Below are positions 10,085 to 19,911 of a DNA stretch of 64,000 nucleotides, in pieces (the first letter of the stretch is position 1; every line of letters begins with the position of its first letter). This DNA comes from a candidate division WOR-3 bacterium. Its GTDB lineage: Bacteria; Hydrothermota; Tepidihabitantia; Tepidihabitantales; Tepidihabitantaceae. The translations under genes and the position numbers were made by a program. The stretch covers positions 576,576 through 640,575 of the forward strand of contig JANLFQ010000001.1 of assembly GCA_024653355.1 (NCBI GenBank), read 5' to 3'. The notes below the pieces were generated by a model. That model was given only the letters and a program-made list of their open reading frames with translations, made no database searches and was not told the DNA's origin.

Positions 10085-11041
10085 ATGGCAACGCGCCCGA
10101 AATACCGGAACCTTTTAAAGGCACTACTCTATCTCGCTCCGGCGCTGTTGATTTTACTTGTCTTCCGGATTTTCCCGATTTTTCTGTCGATTCGGATGAG
10201 CCTCTACGACTGGGGTATGGCAGGTCCACGCGCCTTTGTGGGATTGGGTAATTATATTGCGGTCCTCAAGGACCCGCTTTTCTGGAAGTCGCTGTTAAAC
10301 ACCGGTTGGTATGTGCTATTTGAAGTGCCGGCGACTCTGCTCCTTTCACTCTTTATTGCTTTACTACTCAATCAACGAATTCGGGGGTTGAGTATTTACC
10401 GAACTATCTATTACCTGCCAGTTGTTACTTCAATCGTGGCGGTGTCAGTAATCTGGAAATGGATTTTTCATCCGGACCGGGGAGTACTAAATTATCTCCT
10501 GTCGCTCATCGGCATCACTAATATCCGCTGGCTGCAAGACCCGAGGGGTCTATTTGAATTGATTTTCGGTTCGGCGGCAGCGCATTGGCCCTATGCTCTG
10601 CGTGGTCCATCAGTTGCCCTCTGTTCACTGGTTCTGATGGGTATCTGGAAGGCATTGGGTTACAACATCGTTATCTTTCTTGCTGGATTGCAAAACATCC
10701 CGCAAACTTATTATGAAGCAGCACGCATCGATGGCGCCTCGCGCTTCAAAACATTCTGGAAAATCACTCTGCCCCTGCTCTCGCCGACAACATATTATGT
10801 TTTAATTATGAGTTCAATCGCCGCCTTTGAAACCTTTGCCCAGGTTTGGATTATGACTGGACCCCCACCAGGTGGACCTCTTCATACCACCAAAGTGGTA
10901 ATGTACTACTTCTACGAAAACGCATTTGAACTGTGGCGCCTGGGCTACGGTGCGGCAATCGCTTTCATTGCTTTCCTTATCATCCTCGGTCTTACCATTT
11001 TACAAAGGGTGCTTTTGGAAAAGAGGGTCCATTATGGTTAA
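10085..11041 (+). CDS. Carbohydrate ABC transporter permease (MalF/UgpA type)
   Basis: EAA-loop permease with six transmembrane helices. The ORF track begins at a TTG at 10028, but the ATG at 10085 directly follows a TTGACC-16-TATACT promoter. Confidence 0.75.
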   Translation: MATRPKYRNLLKALLYLAPALLILLVFRIFPIFLSIRMSLYDWGMAGPRAFVGLGNYIAVLKDPLFWKSLLNTGWYVLFEVPATLLLSLFIALLLNQRIRGLSIYRTIYYLPVVTSIVAVSVIWKWIFHPDRGVLNYLLSLIGITNIRWLQDPRGLFELIFGSAAAHWPYALRGPSVALCSLVLMGIWKALGYNIVIFLAGLQNIPQTYYEAARIDGASRFKTFWKITLPLLSPTTYYVLIMSSIAAFETFAQVWIMTGPPPGGPLHTTKVVMYYFYENAFELWRLGYGAAIAFIAFLIILGLTILQRVLLEKRVHYG

Positions 11042-11852
11042 ACCTCGTAATCTGCCGGTGCATTTTCTGTTGATTCTGGGCAGCGGCGCAATGTTGTTAC
11101 CCTTTTTCTGGATGGTCAGCACCTCGCTCAAAACACCGCTTGAGGCATTAAAATTTCCGCCCACCTGGCTACCTTCGGTCTGGCAGATATCAAATTATGG
11201 AGAAGTGTTCCGGCAGATTCCTTTCTGGCGCTATCTTGCCAACACCGTGTTGATCGCTGCTGCCAGCCTGCTGGGAATATTTCTCACCGGCATACCCGCC
11301 GCCTACGCATTTGCCCGTTTTCGTTTTCCTGGTAGGGAAATCTTATTTATGGGCTTCCTTGCCCTAATGATGATTCCCCTGCCAGTTTACCTCGTCCCCT
11401 CTTATATGATTCTCTTCAAACTGGGTTGGATTGACACTTATGCAGCAATGATTGTGCCTTGGATTGTTAACATTTTTTCCATCTTCCTTCTGCGTCAGCA
11501 CATCAAGCAATTACCCCAGGATTTGTTTGATGCCGCCCGAATCGATGGCTGTTCCGAACTGTGGACACTATTACGCATCGTCCTGCCCCTATGCCGGGCA
11601 CCTCTTGCAACAATCGCGGTATTCAACATTATCTCATCCTGGAACTCGTTCTTCTGGCCCCTGATTGTTACCAATTCCGACCAGATTCGACCTCTCCAAG
11701 TGGGACTTGCCTACTTCTCACGGGAACAGTCCACGAACTACACACTTTTAATGGCGGCGACAACGATGGCGATAATTCCCTTAATTATCCTGTTCTTTGC
11801 CGCACAAAAGCAAATTATCCAATCCCAGGCTCGCGCCGGACTTAAAGAGTAA
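11034..11852 (+). CDS. Carbohydrate ABC transporter permease (MalG/UgpE type)
   Basis: The start MVKPRNLPV overlaps the upstream stop by 8 bp (ATGGTTAA). It is a typical EAA-loop permease. The longer ORF beginning at 10926 is an out-of-context N-terminal extension. Confidence 0.75.
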   Translation: MVKPRNLPVHFLLILGSGAMLLPFFWMVSTSLKTPLEALKFPPTWLPSVWQISNYGEVFRQIPFWRYLANTVLIAAASLLGIFLTGIPAAYAFARFRFPGREILFMGFLALMMIPLPVYLVPSYMILFKLGWIDTYAAMIVPWIVNIFSIFLLRQHIKQLPQDLFDAARIDGCSELWTLLRIVLPLCRAPLATIAVFNIISSWNSFFWPLIVTNSDQIRPLQVGLAYFSREQSTNYTLLMAATTMAIIPLIILFFAAQKQIIQSQARAGLKE

Positions 11853-11910
11853 ATGTTGACAAACTCTGCCTATTTGCTACTCTAATTCTGATTAACGAAA
11901 GGGCTTAATT

Positions 11911-12078
11911 ATGACTTTCCATATTTACCTTGAAGGAACGCCGGTGTATCGTGTCAACATCATCGCCGAGAAAATTGTTGATGAGGGTGCCAACTACGCC
12001 CTCTACGATGAAAAGGGCGTCAAGGTTGCCGAATTTAAAAAGGAGAAAGTTTTAGGTTACGATGTAAGCGAATATTAA
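11911..12078 (+). CDS. Small hypothetical protein (55 aa), absent from the ORF track
   Basis: ATG at 11911 preceded by AAAGGG with 8-nt spacing. The translation is MTFHIYLEGTPVYRVNIIAEKIVDEGANYALYDEKGVKVAEFKKEKVLGYDVSEY. It fills an otherwise empty 220-bp gap. Confidence 0.35.
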   Translation: MTFHIYLEGTPVYRVNIIAEKIVDEGANYALYDEKGVKVAEFKKEKVLGYDVSEY

Positions 12079-12323
12079 TCCTCAGCCTTAAACGGCTCCT
12101 CGGTAAAAACCCCTTCCTTTTCTTTAATCAACTTCGACACCTTCAATTCCGCTGCAGCGAGTTTTTCCTTGCACAACCGGGCAAGTTTAACACCACGCTC
12201 AAAAAGTTCCAGCGACTTTTCGAGACTTAAACTCCCGGCTTCAAGCTCCTTTACGATTTTCTCCAGTTCGGTAAGCGCCTGCTCAAAATCGATTGATTCA
12301 ACATCACTGTTTTTACCCGCCAC
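12075..12323 (-). CDS. xseB: Exodeoxyribonuclease VII small subunit
   Basis: 82-aa helical protein (…EQALTELEKIVKELE…). It overlaps the xseA stop. Confidence 0.85.
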   Translation of the reverse strand: MAGKNSDVESIDFEQALTELEKIVKELEAGSLSLEKSLELFERGVKLARLCKEKLAAAELKVSKLIKEKEGVFTEEPFKAED

Positions 12324-13674
12324 CTTTCACTCCTTTCATTTTATCTCTTACCTGGCAGTCCAACCTGCCATCGGCAATCCGCACCACGACTTCATCACCC
12401 AACCGGACATTATCAATGCTCACAACAACCCTACCATCCGGTTTCTGGCAGATGGCATAACCCCGGGCAAGTTGGGCAAGGGGACTGAGGGCATCAAGGC
12501 TTGCTGCTGCCTTTGTCAACCGGGCATCGATTTTGTTTTTCGCATTAATAAACCCCTTCTCCAGTCTTGAAGAAAATGTTTCCAGCAATACCCGCCAGTG
12601 CATCACCCGAGCCACCGGATTTTGGCGATTTAACCGTTCAACCACTGAGTTCAGTTTCTGATAGCCCAGGTTAACCTTTTGGTTCAACGCCCGGTTCAAC
12701 ATCTCACCAAGCAGTTCAGTCTGATATCGAGCTTCACTTAACCGCCGGTAGACATTTTCAAAACCGCGATGTTTTATCAAGGTATCGACCGCTCGCTCCT
12801 GCTCGAAAATAAACTCCTGGACACTTTGTTTCATCTCAACCCACAAATCATCCAGGCGCTTTTCGAACTCTTCCCAGCCCCGTGCCACCAAAGTAGCGGC
12901 AGCGGTTGGAGTCGCCGCTCGGACATCGGCAACAAAATCGGCGATTGTCCAGTCAACCTCATGGCCAATCCCGGTAACCACTGGTACCCGGGAACTGGCA
13001 ATCGCCCGGGCAACAACCTCCTCGTTAAAGGGCCAGAGGTCTTCCCAGGAGCCACCACCCCGGCCGATAATAAGCAACTCGACATTCTCAAGTGTGTTCA
13101 TCTCCCAAATCGCCCGGGCAATCTGTTCCGCGGCACCTTCACCCTGAACCTGAACCGGGTAAATAAGCACTTTCAAATGGGCACGGTGCAACTGCAAGGT
13201 TCTCAACATATCGTGAATCGCGGCACCGGCAGTGGAGGTAATAATACCGATGGTTTGGGGTAACTTGGGAAGCGGCCGCTTTCTTTCGGGTTTAAACAGT
13301 CCTTCCCTTTCCAGTTTCCGCTTCAACTCCTCAAACGCCCTTTGCAGGGCGCCCAATCCCTTCGGTTCAATCGTGTCAAGAATCAACTGATACCTGCCAT
13401 TGGGGACATAAACCTCCACTCGACCATGACCGATAATGAGGTCGCCATCCTTCAACTGAAACTTCAACCGCTGTGCCGCTTCGCGAAAACATACCGCTGG
13501 GATTTGCGACCTTTCATCCTTTAAAGCAAAATAGAGATGACCCGAAGGATAAGCCTTAAAATTGGAAACTTCGCCTACCACCCAGATGTCAGAAAAGTCC
13601 GACCTTAGCCGGTCGTCAACCATCTTGTTAATCTGATAGACCGTATAAATCTTATTTGCCGGTACCGCTGCCAT
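12313..13674 (-). CDS. xseA: Exodeoxyribonuclease VII large subunit
   Basis: 453 aa with an OB-fold N-terminus and the XseA catalytic region. It is followed by xseB. Confidence 0.9.
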   Translation of the reverse strand: MAAVPANKIYTVYQINKMVDDRLRSDFSDIWVVGEVSNFKAYPSGHLYFALKDERSQIPAVCFREAAQRLKFQLKDGDLIIGHGRVEVYVPNGRYQLILDTIEPKGLGALQRAFEELKRKLEREGLFKPERKRPLPKLPQTIGIITSTAGAAIHDMLRTLQLHRAHLKVLIYPVQVQGEGAAEQIARAIWEMNTLENVELLIIGRGGGSWEDLWPFNEEVVARAIASSRVPVVTGIGHEVDWTIADFVADVRAATPTAAATLVARGWEEFEKRLDDLWVEMKQSVQEFIFEQERAVDTLIKHRGFENVYRRLSEARYQTELLGEMLNRALNQKVNLGYQKLNSVVERLNRQNPVARVMHWRVLLETFSSRLEKGFINAKNKIDARLTKAAASLDALSPLAQLARGYAICQKPDGRVVVSIDNVRLGDEVVVRIADGRLDCQVRDKMKGVKGGG

Positions 13675-13742
13675 CGCGCCTTTTTAATTGATCAACATCT
13701 GACCGCTGTGATTCTTTACCTCACTTCTGAACAATAACGCCC

Positions 13743-14600
13743 CTACTTGCCACCGTACTCGTAAAATCCCTTTCCGGTCTTTCGGCCCAGAAATCCGGCG
13801 GCGACCATCCGTTTAAGTAATGGGCAGGGTCGATATTTCGGATCCCCTAAATCCTCATACAGTACCTCAAGAATCGCCAGGACGACATCCAGCCCGATTA
13901 AATCGGCGAGTGCCAGCGGTCCCATCGGGTGATTCATCCCTAACTTCATCACGGTATCAATGGCTTCTTTGTCGGCGACGCCGGTTTCCAGACAGAAAAT
14001 CGCTTCGTTGATCATCGGCATCAGTACCCGGTTTGAAACAAAACCGGGCGAATCGTTCACCACGACCGGTGTTTTGCCCAATTCCTTAGCCAGGGCGACA
14101 ATCTCGTCAATCACATTGGCAGCGGTTGCTAACCCGCGCACCACTTCAACCAACTGCATCAAGGGCACCGGATTCATAAAGTGCATCCCGACAACCTTTT
14201 CGGGCCGTTTGGTTGCCGCGCCCAGCAGTGTCACGGAAATTGTCGAGGTGTTAGTAGCAAGCATCGTCTCAGGCGAACAGACCGCATCAAGTTTCCGGAA
14301 CAGTTCCTGCTTCAATTTCACATCCTCAGTGACCGCTTCCACCACCAGACCGCAGCCCTGACAGGCTTCAACATTCAAATTGGAGCTGATACGCGCTTGG
14401 GCCGCGGCCGCAACTTCAGCCGTCATCTTACCCTTCTCAACCAGTTTATCCAGCGACTTTTTAATCGTTGCCACTCCCCGGTCCAGAAACCGCTGGTCAA
14501 CATCAACCAGCACAACATCGTAACCCGCCATTGCAAACACCTGGGCGATACCCGAACCCATTGTGCCCGCACCAATGACACCAACTTTACGACTCTGCAT
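13743..14600 (-). CDS. hbd: 3-hydroxybutyryl-CoA / 3-hydroxyacyl-CoA dehydrogenase
   Basis: The Rossmann motif [16 protein letters not shown] is present and the length is 285 aa. Confidence 0.85.
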   Translation of the reverse strand: MQSRKVGVIGAGTMGSGIAQVFAMAGYDVVLVDVDQRFLDRGVATIKKSLDKLVEKGKMTAEVAAAAQARISSNLNVEACQGCGLVVEAVTEDVKLKQELFRKLDAVCSPETMLATNTSTISVTLLGAATKRPEKVVGMHFMNPVPLMQLVEVVRGLATAANVIDEIVALAKELGKTPVVVNDSPGFVSNRVLMPMINEAIFCLETGVADKEAIDTVMKLGMNHPMGPLALADLIGLDVVLAILEVLYEDLGDPKYRPCPLLKRMVAAGFLGRKTGKGFYEYGGK

Positions 14601-14648
14601 ATTTGCTCCTTTCTTTTTTATAAAAAGTTAGGTGCCCGAAATTAAAAG

Positions 14649-15305
14649 TCAATTAATACCCCGCCAGCGGGCTATTAAATCCATCAACCGCCGGCCATTC
14701 TCCGGTGTAAACCGAAACCTTCCATCGGGCAGCAACTCATCCACCGCCTCTGGCTCTTCTTTCTTGAGCCATTGCCAGAAAGCCACTCCTCTACCCGTCA
14801 ATAATATCACAACAGTTTGGTCCGGCTCAACAACCAGTTTATCAATCTTGCCCTCGTCAATAACAAATGTCGCCTTGTAAATCATCGGTTCAACTCCCAC
14901 CAAGTGCAACCAGTTATTTGTCTCCTCTAAACGACAGAAGATAGTATCGCCCTCCACTGCCGGTTCAGACATCGATAGCCTTACATCAACCGTGCGGGCG
15001 TAACCTAAAAAGTCCTTTATCTCCTTTCTACCTCGTGCCATTACTCCCAAACCCTTAACCTCTAATGACCCATTTGCTGTCCAGAGTCTGAGCAGCCGGT
15101 GCTCGCTTTGCCGTCCGACTCCATAAACAAAGGTTCGAACCAAGCCCAGTTCGCTGCCACGCCGCTTTTGCCCTTCCTGAAGAAAAACCGGCGCACACCC
15201 AAATTCCCAGCATAAAATTCCAACAATTAAGAACAAAACCTTGCGGACCATCACTGTTAGTTCTATCAACACAATGTCACCTGTCAACATCGCATCAATC
15301 TTCAT
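14649..15305 (-). CDS. Hypothetical protein with an N-terminal hydrophobic segment
   Basis: Long ORF with no recognisable motif. An alternative start lies at MVRKVLFLIVGIL, around 15251. Confidence 0.35.
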   Translation of the reverse strand: MKIDAMLTGDIVLIELTVMVRKVLFLIVGILCWEFGCAPVFLQEGQKRRGSELGLVRTFVYGVGRQSEHRLLRLWTANGSLEVKGLGVMARGRKEIKDFLGYARTVDVRLSMSEPAVEGDTIFCRLEETNNWLHLVGVEPMIYKATFVIDEGKIDKLVVEPDQTVVILLTGRGVAFWQWLKKEEPEAVDELLPDGRFRFTPENGRRLMDLIARWRGIN

Positions 15306-15367
15306 TGAGCCCGAAACCCGTCACTCCAAGTTTGACTATCCAAGCTTAACCGCTATCCTTACCATCT

Positions 15368-16147
15368 ATGGTAAAAGTCTGCGTCCTGTTTGCCGCGGGA
15401 ATAAACTGCGACCAGGAAACGGCGTATGCGTTTGAACTTGCCGGTGCGGACACCGAAACCGTGCACATCAATCGGTTAAAAGAAAAACCCCATTTACTTG
15501 ACCGCTACCAGGTTTTTGTCATCCCTGGGGGGTTTTCGTACGGCGACTACATCGCTTCGGGTCGTGTCCTGGCAAATGAGTTAAAACATCACCTTGCCGA
15601 AGAGGTTTGCCGTTTCTTAGAAAAGGGCAAACTTATCCTGGGCATCTGTAACGGTTTCCAGGTGCTGGTCAAATCCGGGCTCCTGCCGGGCTTTGAAAAG
15701 CCGTTTGAACCCCAGACCGTAACGCTTGACACCAACGATTCCGCCCGTTATGAAGACCGCTGGGTATATCTCAAAACCGAGCATTCACCCTGCGTGTTCA
15801 CATCAAACCTGCCCGAAATCGTCTACTTGCCCGTTGCCCATGCCGAAGGCAAGTTCATTCCCGGTTCTCATCAGGTACTCAAACAGTTGAAAGGTAACAA
15901 CCAGATTGTATTCCGCTATGTCACCGTAGGTGGTCAAGAAGCAAAGTATCCTGATAACCCAAATGGCTCGGTGGAAGGAATCGCCGGCATCTGCGACCCG
16001 ACCGGTCGGATTTTTGGTCTAATGCCCCATCCCGAACGTTACATCAGGATTGAACACCATCCCCGCTGGCATCGGGAAAGTTTGACAAAACCGGACGGAA
16101 TCGCCATATTTGAAAATGCGGTGCAATATGTCAAAAAGAACCTCTAA
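15368..16147 (+). CDS. purQ: Phosphoribosylformylglycinamidine synthase subunit PurQ (glutamine amidotransferase)
   Basis: Motifs GICNGFQ, NQIVFRYV, NPNGS and MPHPER are present. Confidence 0.85.
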   Translation: MVKVCVLFAAGINCDQETAYAFELAGADTETVHINRLKEKPHLLDRYQVFVIPGGFSYGDYIASGRVLANELKHHLAEEVCRFLEKGKLILGICNGFQVLVKSGLLPGFEKPFEPQTVTLDTNDSARYEDRWVYLKTEHSPCVFTSNLPEIVYLPVAHAEGKFIPGSHQVLKQLKGNNQIVFRYVTVGGQEAKYPDNPNGSVEGIAGICDPTGRIFGLMPHPERYIRIEHHPRWHRESLTKPDGIAIFENAVQYVKKNL

Positions 16148-16463
16148 ACAAACCGCCCCGACAAGAATCAGTGACCATCCGATTCTGAAATTCGAGCGGG
16201 GGCGAGAGATAACTTTCTATTTTGAAGGCAAACCCATGAAAGGTTACGAGGGCGAAACAATTGCCGCTGCCCTTGTTGCCAATGGAGTCAAACTGTTTCG
16301 ATACAGCGAAAAACACAATCGGGCGCGGGGATTTTTCTGCGCCGTTGGCAAATGCTCCTCCTGCTTAATGGTTGTTGACGGCAAACCCAATACAATGGTC
16401 TGCATGGAACCCCTGCGCGCCGGGGTAACTGTTGAACGGCAACGCGGCAGAGGAAAAATATGA
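16128..16463 (+). CDS. (2Fe-2S)-binding small subunit of an FAD-dependent oxidoreductase (sarcosine/opine oxidase alpha-N-terminal or HcnA-like)
   Basis: Cysteine cluster CAVGKCSSCLMVVDG…MVCMEP. The stop overlaps the start of the FAD protein (ATGA). The start is uncertain; the ORF track gives 16110. Confidence 0.55.
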   Translation: MSKRTSKQTAPTRISDHPILKFERGREITFYFEGKPMKGYEGETIAAALVANGVKLFRYSEKHNRARGFFCAVGKCSSCLMVVDGKPNTMVCMEPLRAGVTVERQRGRGKI

Positions 16464-17554
16464 GTAACATCAAAGATGGCGGCATTGTAATTGTCGGCGG
16501 TGGTCCCGCCGGGCTTTCCGCCGCAATCATTGCGGCGCAACTGGGCGCACCGGTCACTTTAATTGACGACAACCCGCGCCTTGGCGGCCAACTGATTAAA
16601 CAGACCCACAAATTCTTTGGTTCCAAAAGCCACTACTGCGGCACCAGGGGAGTGGACATCGCCACCATTCTGGAACAGCAAATTTACTCAACACCAGCAA
16701 AAGTCATCCTCAACACAACTGTAATCGGCCACTTTTCACCCAACATCCTTGGGCTCGCCGACCGTAACACCTTTACCAAACTTGCCTACCAGCGTTTAAT
16801 CGTTGCAACCGGTGCCAGTGAAAACACCATCCTGTTCGAAAACAACGACCTGCCGGGAATTTACGGTGCGGGTGCGGTCCAGACCCTAATGAATGTGTTT
16901 GGCATCAGGCCGGGTAACAAAGTTTTAATGGTCGGCTCAGGAAACATAGGCCTAATCGTCTCCTATCAACTGATTCAGGCCGGTATCAATGTGGTGGCAG
17001 TAATTGAAGCGCTTCCTAAGATTGGGGGCTATCATGTTCATGCGGCAAAACTTGCCCGTTTGGGCATCCCGATACTCACCTCGCACACAATCAAAGCGGC
17101 GTTGGGTAAGGAGTTTGTGACCGGTGCGGTCATCTGTCGGGTTGATAAAAATTTCAAACCCATCAAAGGAACCGAAAAAAGATTAAAGGTGGACACGATT
17201 TGCCTCGCCGTCGGCTTATCACCATTAGTAGAGCTCCTGTCCCAGATTGGCTGCCAGATGGTATTTATTCCGGAACTGGGTGGTCAGGTTGCCTACCACA
17301 ACGAGAATATGGAAACGACCGTTTCCGGAGTGTATGTTGCCGGTGATGCCAGCGGGGTTGAAGAAGCGTCAACCGCAATGCTTGAAGGGCGAATTGCCGG
17401 TGCCCATGCTGCCGGCAATTTACTCGGTAAAACTGCCGAAGCGCAAGCCATCATAAATCAGGCAAAGTTGGAGCTCGCTGCCATCCGCCAGGGTCCCTTT
17501 GGGGAAAAGGCGGCAAAGGGCAAAGAAAAGATGAGTTACACCGTCCGCCAATAA
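16460..17554 (+). CDS. FAD/NAD(P)-binding oxidoreductase (pyridine nucleotide-disulfide family, HcnB/OoxB-like)
   Basis: Dinucleotide-binding motif GGGPAGLSAA at the N-terminus and a second GSGNIGL motif. Confidence 0.7.
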   Translation: MSNIKDGGIVIVGGGPAGLSAAIIAAQLGAPVTLIDDNPRLGGQLIKQTHKFFGSKSHYCGTRGVDIATILEQQIYSTPAKVILNTTVIGHFSPNILGLADRNTFTKLAYQRLIVATGASENTILFENNDLPGIYGAGAVQTLMNVFGIRPGNKVLMVGSGNIGLIVSYQLIQAGINVVAVIEALPKIGGYHVHAAKLARLGIPILTSHTIKAALGKEFVTGAVICRVDKNFKPIKGTEKRLKVDTICLAVGLSPLVELLSQIGCQMVFIPELGGQVAYHNENMETTVSGVYVAGDASGVEEASTAMLEGRIAGAHAAGNLLGKTAEAQAIINQAKLELAAIRQGPFGEKAAKGKEKMSYTVRQ

Positions 17555-17565
17555 ACTGCCCCGGA

Positions 17566-19911
17566 ATGAAAACCAAAATCAAAAAGACTGACACCGGTCC
17601 CGGACCAGAAAATCGGTTTGTTCCGGCACTTCCCTATCTCTTACTTGCCGGTGCAACCGTTTTATTTTTCTGGGAAATTTTAACCCAACAGAACTTCCTC
17701 TGGGAGGATATCCTCTATCAATACTACCCCTTCCACTCCTTCCTTTTTAGAAATCTGCGTCAGTTTCATCTTCCCCTCTGGAACCCATATATGTTTGCTG
17801 GTATGCCGTTTCTTGCCGACATCCAGACTCAGGTTTTTTACCCGCTCAACTGGCTTTTTGCCTTTATCACCCGCTCAGACCAGAACTATGTGTTCTGGCT
17901 CGTCGAACTGAAATGCATCCTCCATCTATTTCTCGGCGCCCTGGGTTTTTATCTTCTGATGCGGGAGTTAAAGCTCTCCCGATATTCGGGTATCATTGCG
18001 GGCATCACCTTCGGCTTCTCCGGATTTATGATTAGCCACATAATCCACCTTACCATCATCAGCACCTTTGGCTGGTTCCCGCTCATCCTGTTATTTTTTT
18101 ATCGGACCCTGTGCCAGCGCCGATTACGCGATGCCAGCGCCACCGCGCTTACTCTCGGACTTGCCAATCTCGCGGGCCATCCTCAAATGACCCTTCATAT
18201 CGTCTATGCCCTCTTCTTTCTCTTTATCCTCTACCTGATTTTCCACTGGCACAGTGAACGCGCCCGGATATTAAAAACCCACATCCCGCTTTTTCTCTTG
18301 ACAATTTTCCTTGGTTTTGCCCTCTCCGCAGCCGCCTACCTTCCGGCATATCGTTATTCCATTCATACCGTTCGGGAAATGATGTCCTACCCCGAAGCGA
18401 CCGAAACATCCCTACCACCCTGGTTCCTCATCACCATCCTCATCCCCAAATTTTTTGGTAGCGTTGCGGGCGGCGTTGAAGAAAACGCTCCTTTCTGGGT
18501 TGACCCGGCACGCTACACCTACTGGGAGACCTGCCTCTATGTTGGAATTGTACCCCTCCTGCTTGCCGGTATCGGAATTGTCTTCAGCCGCAACAAAATC
18601 CGCTGGCAATTTCTCATTTTGGGCATTGTCGCGCTGCTTTTTGCGTTGGGAAGGTTTACACCGCTCTACCGCCTGGCTTTCAACCTTCTGCCCGGTTTTG
18701 ACCGGTTCCGAATTCCGGCACGGTTTGTTGACCTGTTCACGGTCGCAATTGCCTTTCTCTCCGGACTGGGCATGGAGGTTCTAATCAAATCCCAGCCCAA
18801 ATTAGACCCTAAATCAAAAACCGGGCGGTATCGGCTCCTGCTCCCGGGATTAACTGTCCTCGCTTACGGAGGAGTAATTTTATTGCTCCTCATCACCGGC
18901 TTACTGGAGAAAACTTTTCCCCCTCTTCACGACCCACACCTGTTTCGCAACAGCCTGACCCAAACCGGTATTATGTTCGGATTCCTCATCAGTGGACTCC
19001 TGCTCATCTTCCTTGCAATAAATGCGCCCAAATACCGCCCTTTATTTCTCAGTCTGCTCCTCGGTGTTGCCTTCCTCGACCTTTATACATTTGGTCATCG
19101 CTTCAGCCTGGGAACAACTCCGCCCGAAGAGTTTTATCCCCCCCGCCCCTTTATCAATACACTTATCGAAGAGCATAAAAAAGAACCTTTCCGCATCAAC
19201 GCCCGCAGCGGTCCTTATATGCTCCTGCAACGCAATGAAGGTTTAATCTGGGAACTGGAACTACTTGAAGGTTACACACCGTTAAAACTAACCGACTATG
19301 TCACCTTTGAAATTCCAATTAAGCGCCGCAACGACCTGTTGAATGTCCGTTACGGGATTCACATTGACTCGGTTCGGGGAACAATGACCCTAATCCAGAA
19401 TCAAACCCCGTTACCCCGTTACTGGCTTGCCGACTCTTTTATTGTCATCACCGACCGGGCAGCAATCCTTAATCGCCTTGCCGACACCACCTTTGACTAC
19501 CGCCGGATTGCAATCCTTGAAGAAAAGCCCGCTTTGAATTTTGAACAACCATCCCCGCCCAGCCCTAATCGCGCTACCAACTCCACCCCGCAGGGCGGAA
19601 TCACGGTAATAAAACGCACCGCCGAGCAAATCGAACTTACAGTTGAAACCGACAAACCGGCAATCCTGATGTTTTCAGAAATCTACTATCCAGAGTGGAA
19701 GGCAACAGTTGATGGTAAACGAGCAAAATTGATGCGCGCTGATTACTGCCTGCGTGCCCTGCCCTTATCTGCGGGCAAGCATAAAGTTGTCACCTGGTAT
19801 GACCGCACCGCTATCAACCTCGGCATTTTAATCAGCAAACTCGCCTTCCTTGCAATCGTCCTCATTTTCTTTCTTACGCGCGCCGCTTCAAATCTTCGTC
19901 AACGCAAGTAA
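17566..19911 (+). CDS. YfhO-family polytopic membrane protein (GT-C-like glycosyltransferase candidate)
   Basis: 781 aa with more than 10 transmembrane helices. The YfhO-like motif …LPLWNPYMFAGMPFLADIQTQVFYPLNWLF is present, followed by a large C-terminal extracytoplasmic domain. Confidence 0.7.
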   Translation: MKTKIKKTDTGPGPENRFVPALPYLLLAGATVLFFWEILTQQNFLWEDILYQYYPFHSFLFRNLRQFHLPLWNPYMFAGMPFLADIQTQVFYPLNWLFAFITRSDQNYVFWLVELKCILHLFLGALGFYLLMRELKLSRYSGIIAGITFGFSGFMISHIIHLTIISTFGWFPLILLFFYRTLCQRRLRDASATALTLGLANLAGHPQMTLHIVYALFFLFILYLIFHWHSERARILKTHIPLFLLTIFLGFALSAAAYLPAYRYSIHTVREMMSYPEATETSLPPWFLITILIPKFFGSVAGGVEENAPFWVDPARYTYWETCLYVGIVPLLLAGIGIVFSRNKIRWQFLILGIVALLFALGRFTPLYRLAFNLLPGFDRFRIPARFVDLFTVAIAFLSGLGMEVLIKSQPKLDPKSKTGRYRLLLPGLTVLAYGGVILLLLITGLLEKTFPPLHDPHLFRNSLTQTGIMFGFLISGLLLIFLAINAPKYRPLFLSLLLGVAFLDLYTFGHRFSLGTTPPEEFYPPRPFINTLIEEHKKEPFRINARSGPYMLLQRNEGLIWELELLEGYTPLKLTDYVTFEIPIKRRNDLLNVRYGIHIDSVRGTMTLIQNQTPLPRYWLADSFIVITDRAAILNRLADTTFDYRRIAILEEKPALNFEQPSPPSPNRATNSTPQGGITVIKRTAEQIELTVETDKPAILMFSEIYYPEWKATVDGKRAKLMRADYCLRALPLSAGKHKVVTWYDRTAINLGILISKLAFLAIVLIFFLTRAASNLRQRK

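Noticed and set aside
10926-11033. N-terminal extension of the second sugar permease ORF
   Set aside because: It overlaps the first permease by about 115 bp. The MVKPRN start with an 8-bp overlap is the canonical arrangement.
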